A stretch of 64,000 bases of DNA from Mizuhopecten yessoensis (taxonomy: Eukaryota). The notes under the pieces are model-generated. The model ran no database searches. It saw only the letters and a program-made list of their open reading frames with translations, and was not told the DNA's origin. A program made the translations under genes and the position numbers. Positions 53,510 through 64,000 of this stretch are shown one piece after another (position 1 is the stretch's first letter; every line of letters starts with the position of its first letter). Location: contig NW_018408372.1 of the NCBI RefSeq assembly GCF_002113885.1, positions 384,874 to 448,873 of the forward strand, in the 5' to 3' direction.

Positions 53510-56153
53510 ATGGATACGCCAACAATGTTTTTATGCACATTCCTTCTGATGATGATTGTTTCAAGTAAGTTTCTAAACAAATAGGGCTATTTCGTTTATG
53601 ATTTACTTTTGATGATTTAATATACTTCATTGACGCAAAGTAAGGTTGCAATATCAACGAGGCGACATATATTAGACGTTTGTAAATAATATCTGTAGCC
53701 TACCTTATTGACTCGTAGTATTTTATTGACAACCATTAAGGCGACATAAAGCAATGATTTACAGAAAGATAGCATACACCATTGACTCATAGTAAAGTTG
53801 TTTATTTCATAAACACACAGTAATGTAGATGCATTATCGTCTCACAGTAAGACATATTTGTAACGTATTTCGTCGAATTGTAGTATTTTATCGACACTCA
53901 TTACGGCAACAAATATTATTTATTCATAGTAAAGTAGTATGCTTATCTAATTGACTCACATTATTGTAGTATCATCGACTCAGGAAAGCTAGCTTATATC
54001 ATTGACAGGTATAAATACGTCGAGCATATCCCGTTGATTCGTAATATTTGAATATTTCTCACAAATCATTGACTCACTGTATGGTAGCAAACATCCTTGA
54101 CTTACAGTAAGGCATCAAATATAAATGACTCATCGTAAAGTAGCAAAACAAGAAACAAGTTATTTCAAAGGATGTTAATTGAACATTCCGATATAATTTG
54201 AAATATTTTGTATAAGGTATATGCCTTGCTGGGTTACATTGATAACTCTACATAGCAAAAATATGCTTCCCTACATTAAGCATATCTAATTCAAACTTGT
54301 TTCCAATTTGCATTCGTAATTTCTATGGCTGGTGATTGCGTTGATATAACTTTGATAAGAGAACGTGCATGGACTGAAAAAACTTAGACACAAATGTAAT
54401 GTTGTTGTATTCATAATATCTTTTGATTCACAGAAATTTACAGCAATCATTTAAAATGCTGTTCTTTACTAGATACAAAAATGCATCGTTTGTTTAAGGT
54501 ATAGTTGCTTTATAATGATGTTCTAGAAAATGTAGTTTTTTAATTATTATATTTATTGTACATTTATGAAGAAAATATAAACTGGTGTGTAATATTTGCT
54601 GATTAAATAATAACTTTATTAAACGCAATGTTTTGAGGGCCGCAATGGCTGATTGGTTCAGTCGTCTGACCTTCTACAATTACTAGCCCATAACCCCTAG
54701 GGGCTTTAAAGCACAAACGAACGAAAACACTATTTTTGAATATGTAAGGCTGCAGTGTTAATAATACAAACATGTATGTTTAAAGGTGTCACGGCGTTAT
54801 CCCCGATGGCGCAGAGCATGAATGCAGAAATCATGTCAGACTACATGGACCTACAAAGAAAGGTTATGAGATATAGGATGTTTCAGTCTTCAATGGGAGG
54901 ACCGAATGGTGGGAATACTGTTCTTCCTGCTGGAATACAAAATCTCCTCGCCTCTTTTGGAGGAATGGTTCCATCAGAGATGTCATCTGTCCAAACATCG
55001 GTAAATAGTGGGTCACAGACAGGTAACTTTATGCCAGAAGTAGCACCAACACTTCAAAACATTGGACTAAAAAATCCACAACCTGCAACAAAAACAGCAA
55101 ACGCAAAGACATCATCAAAAAAGAGCAGTTTAAAATCAAAAAGTGGTAAAGTTACACATCCCAGCAATGCAGCTCAGACACCAAAGCAGTCATCAAGTAA
55201 ACAAACCCCAGTGACAGATATGGTGAGTAATGTACCAACGGCTATAGGCTCTACTCTGGAACAAAATCCAATGATTGGGCTCGAAATGGCCGCTTTGATG
55301 AATGCAGGATCGATGATGAATACTGCAGGAGGATCAATGTTTGACCAAGGACAGACATCAAATCCAAGTAATCCTACCCTAAAGGGAGTTCCGCAGATGG
55401 CATCATCAGGAATGAACAATGGTCAAGCTGGTATGTCGTTGCCACAAGCAAATCTTGGACAGATGTTAATACAACACAACTTATGCTCCGAGACGCCGTC
55501 CAAGTTGAGACAGATGTGTATGACGAATAAGGACTGCTCTCACAAAATGCAATGTTTTACTGGGAGATGCTGCGCTAAAAACCTCGACCATGCAGAAATT
55601 CTTGGTAAATATTACTTTCACTACTTTCCTAAGTTTGATTTAATGTATGTTTTGTATAAAAAGACAAATTATGATGTAGTAAGCCGTAAACGATAAATTT
55701 TGGTTACTTGTATAGATTCAATGTTGCGACGGTAAGGAATATTTGAATCCTGTTAAACCAGGTCCATTGAAGAGCTGTGGAGATCACACGTACCATATAC
55801 ATAACGTTAAGAACAGAGTTTTGACATCAATTACTGCTAGAAAATATCATTTCAGAACCTTACCTACATCCCTGGGCAAAATAGCCTACACCCCATTGGC
55901 TCCTCTATAGACTCTCACTGCAGTTCGAAGTTGTGTGTTATGAGATGGTTTAAGATAATTCATTTAAGGATCCAACAGCGAACTACCAAAATAAAGCATT
56001 TCAATATAAAATATGTACAGCATTTAAACAAAGAAAACACAACTAACATTGTGCTGATGTGTCCGTACCGCTAAATTTATATTTTGACTTTCAGACAACA
56101 TGGTTGAACATTTGGAGAGACAACGTGCCCGTCAAGCGTGGATGAGACTATGA
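53510..56153 (+). CDS. Secreted Met/Ser/Gln-rich protein with C-terminal Cys module (family member C, 310 aa)
   Basis: Exons 53510-53564 (MDTPTMFLCTFLLMMIVS|gtaagt), 54786-55604 and 56095-56153, with phase-1 introns. Ends LCSETPSKLRQMCMTNKDCSHKMQCFTGRCCAKNLDHAEILDNMVEHLERQRARQAWMRL*. The last coding exon is 59 nt, the same as in member B. Confidence 0.88.
53700..54150. repeat. Degenerate tandem repeat (about 33-bp unit) containing four perfect TGACTCA sites
   Basis: Recurrent attgactca.agtaaagtagca-like unit. TGACTCA at 53783, 53952, 54070 and 54126. Confidence 0.6.
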
Positions 56154-56649
56154 CACCGTGGCAGATGAATCAGCGACTGTGTCATGGTGACATTTGATAA
56201 ATTATTCCATTCCTAATTTATTCATTATGTGGGATATTTTGTATACACAATGCCTAATGCTTAAACAGTAATATAGATAGTGTACCTGCTGTAGTTTGCT
56301 TAACTTAACTGCTTGTGTAACTATGGATAATTTTGTATCTAAAATATTTCCTCTGAGAGTGGACCCACAAAAAAGACGTTCACTTTCTGTCGTACAGTGC
56401 CAAGATGCCATATGTTTGAATAAGTACGTCAACTATTGATACAATTCAAAGTTTTATAATGATTTTAATTAAAATGTTACAATTTATAATCTTCTTGTAT
56501 TATTTCCTGTTGGATCAAATGTAGGGGCAGTGGTGGCCAAGTGGTTAAGGCGACTGACAATTTGCTAACACTAGCCATAGGTCATAATTAGAAGATAGAC
56601 CAATGAAGTAACGCCCGGTGTGTTACCCAGTCAAGGGTTAGGAAACGGT

Positions 56650-57169
56650 TTGGTTTAGTATAGTTTAACGTCTTATCGACAGCTATAGTCATTTAAGGAC
56701 GACCTCCCCTGTGTGCAAGATGCATGCGTGTAGTGTATGCCTGTGTTTTGGGAGGATGATATATGTTCGTGCTTGTCTCCTTATGATAGCACGGAACTGA
56801 TGCCGACTTTATAGTGCAAACTCAATGAAACTGCCGAAGACACCCAGCAGGACACCCCACCCGGTCACATTATACTGACATCGGGCGAACCTGTCGTGTC
56901 ACTCCTAAATTGCTGAGCGTTAAGCAGGAGTAGAAACTACCATTTTTACGGACTCTGGTATGTCTCGGCCAGGGGACAGAACTCAAAGCCTTCCTCACAG
57001 GGGCGAACGCTCAACTAAAGGCCAAAAGTGAGGCATTGTCAAGGGAGACATTAGAAAGAGGAAAGTTGTTTAGAAAGAAGAGAAAAGATAATATCATAAA
57101 TTTAGTCGCCTCTTACGATCATGCAATGGGGGCAGCAGGTACAATTATTACGCCCTACCTGCAGGGACT
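56650..57169 (-). mobile_element. Complete SINE-like retroelement (Meta/RUDI-like body) with 13-bp target-site duplication
   Basis: gttaggaaacggt is present at 56637-56649 and 57170-57182. The minus strand reads: 5' leader, decayed tRNA-like head, ...gtcagtataatgtgaccgggtgggg... body, aaacc-type tail. Confidence 0.85.
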
Positions 57170-58695
57170 GTTAGGAAACGGTGTCAAGGCACATCAGCCA
57201 TTTTAGTTGGCTTGGATCGATTCTGATTTTGATTTCACATACATGCTGTCGTGTTCCATCTGAAGCTCACTTCAGTAGCATGTGTCAAGGACTCGTGAAA
57301 TAGATGCAGTCAAAGTGATAACATCACGTGGAAAGGGGCGGCATGGATTCAAGACTACAACAGCATTACTCAAATATCTATCAGTTTGCAGAAACGACAA
57401 ATATGTTTAATATCGAGTGTTAAATATAAGAAGCTGGATTTGAGACGTCTCTAATACATTGGTATCTTTATACTTCAAAAATATAGTTAGCATGATAAAA
57501 ATGCGAGTAGCTATTGTAACGAGAAATTTTGCATACAATAGAATTGAACAGTTTACAAAATATGACAAAGTAGTTTGAAACGAGTATTAAAATCTTTGTT
57601 GGTAACACTAATTGTTTTTTGCAAAAACGTTACACATCCTCCTACAATACAATCAAACAATTGCTGCTATAATAAAGATAAAACATATTTTTGTATTAAA
57701 TCAAAACATTTTTGGACAACCATTTGTTTCATTCTGGTGCTTTCTGGAAAATGTTTAATGAAGAAATTATAGAAAAACAAATAAAGACTCTGTATCTCGA
57801 AAAGAAGTTATAGTAATTAGAATGATACCGATACATTTCTTTTTAAGTAATCATCGTAATTAGATAACACATCGTTCAATATTCAAACGTGTACATTACA
57901 TACATAATATTACAAAGGGATTAAATAACCAATGCCGGCAATGTAAACAACTTTAACACCCATGCAATTTATCAGAAATATCGTCTGTTACAATGCACTG
58001 ATCAACAGGAGTTCGTTACAAATGTCTGAAATACACATATTCTGTAGACCTACTGACACATATGTTACAGACCTACTGATATGAGTCACAGCACACATAA
58101 ACATTTCGGATATTTGTAGCGAAATTGTGCTCCGTCGCAAGAGCACTCACTTCAAACTCTATCAGTATCACGCGTCTCGCAGCCACAGTTTCCTCAGCTT
58201 TTGACGACATGTCAAATAACGAGGCTTTTGTAGAATCTACCGACTGTAGTCTGATTCCCATACAATCAACAAATACATTCACGCCTGGATTCTTCACAAA
58301 ACTTTTCTCTCTGCTCATTTAACTTCCAAAAATAATTCCCTCGTGGAGGTCAAGGTCGGATTCACGGTGTTCACTGTATTTATCCATGGGCGAAATTTGT
58401 TCCGGGGAAAAAACGAAACAATTTCAAATCTAACTATCAGCTCAGATTTATATTGATAAACTTAAATCACCCTATAAACATTTCATACGCAATTGCATTG
58501 ATACTGAATTGTGGAATAAATTGAAGTGTTGGTTAAAACTTCAAAGTCCGACTTTGTTTGTCAATCAGCAAGCGGCAACACGCTGTTCCGACTATTTAAC
58601 GAATTTATGTGGACTGTCGATAAGGCGGGATTTTTTTATTTTAAATATAAATTGTAATTTAAAAAAGAACATAATAGGCAGAGAAAACTTAAATA

Positions 58696-58857
58696 TAAGT
58701 ATTGAACTGTTTTTGTTTGGTATTTATGACTTATTTGAATGGCACCGCTTTGCTAGCAAACAAATCATAATGCGCTAGCGTGCATTATGTTGTTTGGTTG
58801 CAAAGTTGTGTCATTTAAATAGATCATAAATACCATACAAGAACAGTTCAATGCTTA
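58696..58857. repeat. 162-bp imperfect palindrome (foldback / MITE-like)
   Basis: Left arm taagtattgaactgtttttgtttggtatttatga...cataatgcgc pairs with right arm gtgcattatg...tcataaataccatacaagaacagttcaatgctta, with almost no loop. Confidence 0.85.
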
Positions 58858-59238
58858 AACATTTTCAAACATACACTATATCAAGTCATATGCTTTTACA
58901 TTTCTATGCTGTACATAAGTGTTAATAAGCATTTAAATCCTTAAGTTCTCTTTCTGTTTTGATGGCGAGAAATTTGCATACACATGTTAAACAGTGCCTA
59001 TTATATTTAACAGGTGCGATCGACTTTAAAATTGCCTTGTAATGTCACAGCAATTTACAGGAACGTTAGCCACGCTGTGATTAAACTTAAAAAAATAGAT
59101 ACAATATTCGAAAACTGATTTACCTTACATCATACAACTTTTGCACCCCTCTAGACTCGTTAGCGGAGTTAAGTCTAAAAACTGGAAATTCAACAAATCC
59201 AACCCACAGTTACAGTAAAAACAGAAGGGAAGATGAAT

Positions 59239-60235
59239 AAACAAGAGGCCCAGGGGCCTTAACGGTCACCCGTGTTCTGATATATTTATACAGAGAGTTG
59301 ATTTTTGTTTTTAAAACAAGAACAGAAGTTTTATTCAAAGCGACCTAAAACAACCTTATTCAATATCTAGCATACAGATTAAAGACTGATAAGTATTAGA
59401 ATTTAGCACCTCTGTTTCTAAACAAGGAAAATGAAAACAAAAAATAGCACACTGTTCAAAATGAAAATGTTCAAAGTATCAAACTGTCAACTCAGGGTTA
59501 TAATTACAATCAAGTTATCAACATGCAATATTCATTATCATTTGCCATAATAAATTTTACCCCCCCCCCCTCTCCCCAGGGGAAAACGTGAGACCCTAGG
59601 GTCATAAAATTCACAATTGTGGTAGAGCACCTTAAAACCCTTCCATCTATGAAGAGTATTTGATTCTACCATATCTGGGTCTTGAGAAGAAGATTTTGAA
59701 ATTTCAGTCAATTCAACCCTTTTCGGCCCCACCCATCAGCCCTTTGGGGTCAGTCAGGGCTAACATGTGCATACCATCAAACTGCTTTTCAATACTGATA
59801 ATGCTAACCAAAATTGAATTACTCCCAATGGAAATTAAACAAATGTTAGTCCAAAATGTGATTTCCCTATATAAAATATAGTAAAGTTTACCCACTCGCC
59901 AGGGGAAAACTTCAGACCCCAGGTTCAAGAAATTCACAATTTTGGTAAAGCACTTTTAGACCCTTCCATCTATGAAGAGTATTTGATTCTACCATATCTG
60001 GGTTTTGAGAAGAAGATTTTGAAATTTTAGTCAATTTGATCATTTTTTGCCCCGCCACTCAGGCCCCTGGAGGCTGAGGACCAAATCTTTGACCATGGAA
60101 GGTTTCTGCATAATTTCATTGAAATTGGTTCAGGGGTTTTGGAGCAGAAGTCGAAAATGTAAATCGGACGACGGACGACGACGGATAAAAGGTGATCACA
60201 ATAAGTCACTTGAGACTTTGTCTCAGGTGACTTAA
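59239..60235 (-). mobile_element. Helentron-associated interspersed element (HINE-like), apparently complete
   Basis: Minus strand 5' ttaagtcacctgagacaaagtctcaagtgactta (subTIR plus inverted repeat), then a (tccgtcg)n microsatellite, two internal repeats about 323 bp apart (59641 and 59964), and a 3' ggtgaccgttaaggcccctgggcctcttgtt (subTIR plus hairpin). Flanked by T runs. Confidence 0.85.
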
Positions 60236-62000
60236 CAACTCTTTTATACAAATCAAATACTTTGAAAAGTACTTGTTAATGTATGTATGGAATAAACCAT
60301 TACTCAGGAAAGATTACTGTGGCTATATACGACGAACCTTAGGTACTATGAAATCCATCGGCAAAGTCTACCAACTTGCATCCTGAAAGACGAACGTTAC
60401 ACACACTACTCTTGATTGCGCAATTTGGCAACACATAATGTGCGCCTAAAGTGAATAACAAGGCGCCCTAGAGCTGATTCGTCGTTCAAAGAATCATCGA
60501 TGACATTAATAACAAACAAATCTCAGCTTGGTAGTACATACATTAAGCAATTGCGTTGCGTGTAGAGCGGTTTCATTTTTTCCATTGAACACATTTCAAA
60601 AGTTGAATTTTGTGTGAATGACACTTATCAATAAATGTAATATTAACAGGCCCAAATATAAGGACATTACATGAAACTTTAATTACATCAAGAACTTTCA
60701 GCCATCCGATTTTACTATTATTTACAAATTAAGTATACAATTATTCCTTTTCTGATGATTTACCAATGAGTTACCAATACAACTTTTTATTTTTATTTTG
60801 GTGACTATTTCTTAAAAAAACAAGTTTAACACTATTTCGCTTTTATCCAACGAACTTTTTTTATTCACAATGAAGTCAATTCGGAAAACGGCCTTTTTCA
60901 TTGATTACTGTCTTAACTACAGTTTTATAATTATTACCTTTAAATAATCATGCTTTTGGAACATATATTGGTTAATATAACGCTATTTTTATTTGTTTAA
61001 CAAATTAATCATAATTATCAAAAAAGACCAAGTGTACCTTTTGAAGAAGACCCGATAGGCCTAGGTTCATTCTATCTGAGACGTAGTAGAGTGCAACAAA
61101 GTGTTCGAAAATAAATGGCATGAACTTATTCACAATTAAAGTTGAATAGGCCTATTTGTTGAAGCACTATAACAATATCTTCTTTAGAATTGAAAAGCCT
61201 AGAGTCGTGATAGTTTGCTTGCTGCTTCATCTCAACTGAATTATATTTGTTTCGTCATATTTTCACATAAGGATACGACCTTCTTATCGATATGAGTAAC
61301 AAACTTTGATTGTATGAACGCATTTTTGTGTTATCTGCGTAACGTTATCTTCTGCCGTTTAATGCGGAAGTGGATTCCATAGAACAAAAATATCGAATTT
61401 TAAAAGAAAAAGGGGAAATCATAAATACATGTATCGACATAGATACATACATAATACAATATTAGATGTATATTCTTATCAGCGGAAGATATACTTGTTT
61501 GTCACCTTTGGACAACTGACACCTCTGGCCAATTAGTTAAATCCCCTCTTCTTATTCATTTGAAGGCTACACAATAACATTTCGTATTATAAATTCAATT
61601 TATATTAAATGGTGCCGTTTGTCATATGCCGCATCAAAATTTGATAAAATACTGCTGTTGATATCCCTTCTTTTTCATTAAAAGCATATTTCGATTTGAA
61701 CTCTCCAAGCGTATTTAATATTAAATATCACATTATTCATAAAGGGAATTTTAAATACAAAATGTCAGTAAAATGTATATAATTAACCTATAATATTTCA
61801 AAAAAACGGCAATAAATAATGGAAACCCTTCAGTCAAAAGGTTAAATTTCAACTGCTTCATGTTTCCAATTTGCAATTATTAAACGGAAGTATTCCCATA
61901 ACTTAGATGATACTACCAGCTCTGCCGGAATGTAACTGATACTGGCTTGTCTCTGTTTCGGGGTCTGGGATACTAGCATTCCCGAAACCTGTTCACAAAT

Positions 62001-62376
62001 TGTAACTGTGGGACGAGCGACGCAGCCTTACTCGGCAATGACAACACAATAGTACACTCTATACAGTATATACATATTTATTTACACTATTTATAAATAT
62101 AATGTACAACACAGATTAATATAATACATACTCACTCACACTCACAACACACAAATAAAAACAGTCTAAAGGAAATGTTCTGTCAAATCCAGATCCTCTT
62201 CTGTAAACTATCCTAAACTCCTCTGGAACTAGAACAAAGTCTACCTCACACCAGCCATGAGTTAGGGTTGGCTATCCCACTGGACAGCGTCAAAACATGC
62301 AAGTGTTTACACACGTCCACCATCTAGAAAGGTGGCACAATCTACTGGCACTGTAGACAAATTGGGTGGTCTTACA
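62001..62376 (-). mobile_element. Possible solo LTR
   Basis: Begins tgtaa and ends ttaca (TG...CA with a 5-bp inverted repeat). AATAAA on the minus strand near 62078. The flanks aaat / caat are only a 3/4 TSD match. Confidence 0.45.
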
Positions 62377-64000
62377 CAATAGACCATCGACTTCAGTGGA
62401 AGTTCTCCTCTATGCAAAGAAACCGCTGGCTATCTTAGGATATGTCGTACCGCCGCTGTATCAAACCCAAATGACCATATCATGGTCAGATGTGTCTCGT
62501 GTGTCGGCTGGTCTGTTCAACAGATGATCCGCCAGATAATCCCAGGGTAGAAAGCTGGCAAAAGATGGAAAATATGACAGAAGATGACGAAAATCCATAT
62601 AAATTCCCGTAATTTGAATGTCACTTCACATATTTTAACTTCACATTTATTTCACCCACGCGCTTCCATACTTTTATAATTCTCACAAACCGACATTTCG
62701 AATACCTAAAAGGATATTGATATTTAGAATAATTACGTAACTAAGATCACAAAGAATACACTAAATGCTGATAACATAGTAAGCGAAATGTTAGCAAACT
62801 AGCAATTAAGAATTCGTGCGGGTCCACAGCATGCAATCACCTAACATGTCACCTATGGGGCTCCGTACCTACATATAATGCATACGCACACATAATGTAA
62901 TGTACAATAACATCTAAGTTTCTGATAATTTACACACAAGTAACACACAATTATCTTCTTCATACAGCCAATATATACCGATTATTACAATTATAACACG
63001 TGTAAAATGGTTTATAGACGAAATGCACACATAAACAACTCAGTCACGCATGAGTGGACCGCACCACCTAAGAATGCTTGACCGGTCTCCATCAGGTAAA
63101 TTACACAATTCAAGCGGACCGAATACACGGGACATCAACAAACATGGGTTAAACACTTACCACAGTCAGCTTTCTGTGCTTTGTTCATGGAGCGGCATAT
63201 GAAAGTATATAATATTGTCTGTTCTCCATGTGAACATGCAATACCGCCATGTTTCAAAGTTTCTTCCCCCGGTACCTCTCGCGTGTTTTCGAACATACTT
63301 ATCTTACCGCTTTCTAGGTAGCGTTCCACCAAATAACACACGTACACAAACATTACATACAAAACATCACAAAATACCTACCACCTGTATATATACATAT
63401 GCGAGCGTGACACACATATACTTTTTTTCTATATCTCAAATCTCTCCCCCGAATATTATTCTGAAGACAATAGATTTTTAAATCTCTTTATATTACTACT
63501 GTTTCTTTGGGGGAAAAAAACATACCATATGCACACGTGATTTTGAAAGTACTAGTTCACTTGTATATTGGCATGGTATGACTAGCTCTATGAACCTGTC
63601 ATCGCGACTACATGCTGTAGAATGTAGAATAGAAATACTTTCTTCAAGAAAGATGTTCGTCTTTGAAAGTATAAGGTTTTAATATGATCACCCAATTACA
63701 GACTTATTTCTTTACGAGACAACACGGTTGTAATATAACACTAACAGTGTTAAGGATAACATAAATATCTAGATAGTTGATCAGATGATACAATGTACCT
63801 TGTTATCACAACACTGGTAACATGGAGGTTCATATTAATGTAACTATATCATAATAATAAAGGGTTTGCACGTACCTCTAATTCTGTTTCGACAAGTGGT
63901 ATTTCACATTATAATTACAATTCATTATAGTTCATATATATTACACATGCATATTAAATATAAGATAAAATACAGATTTTCACATTGTTGGTATGTAACA

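Noticed and set aside
58073-58390. Coding-looking minus-strand ORF next to the palindrome
   Set aside because: No recognisable motif, an in-frame stop upstream and no convincing splice partners. Probably transposon-internal sequence.

Overview
AT-rich, intron-containing animal genomic DNA, not prokaryotic. The repeat families (Helentron-type HINE, tRNA-derived SINEs, Crypton, RTE) point to a bivalve mollusc; this is inference. I assembled five multi-exon genes by hand from GT-AG sites with matching phases, and all encode secreted or cell-surface proteins. (1) A 251-aa minus-strand protein with a signal peptide, an unassigned Cys-rich domain, R-spondin-like furin repeats and a Thr/Ser/Met tail (3699-11804). 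(2) A 584-aa, probably GPI-anchored Ig-superfamily protein built from a duplicated V-C2 unit (16063-26563). (3-5) Three paralogous 3-exon genes (40830-44695 +, 49082-51694 -, 53510-56153 +). They share a signal-peptide exon and a C-terminal LCxxTP...C..C..C..CC module but have entirely different low-complexity bodies: Gly/Met repeats, Ser/Thr/Arg/Lys-rich, and Met/Ser/Gln-rich. This modular family is the best candidate for an undescribed system, possibly shell, ligament or byssus matrix proteins. The rest of the window holds a degenerate intron-containing Crypton, an RTE LINE, a Tc1 relic, SINEs (one complete with a 13-bp TSD and a structured 5' leader), HINEs, palindromic elements, a possible solo LTR and minisatellites. 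All gene models are manual predictions without transcript support.
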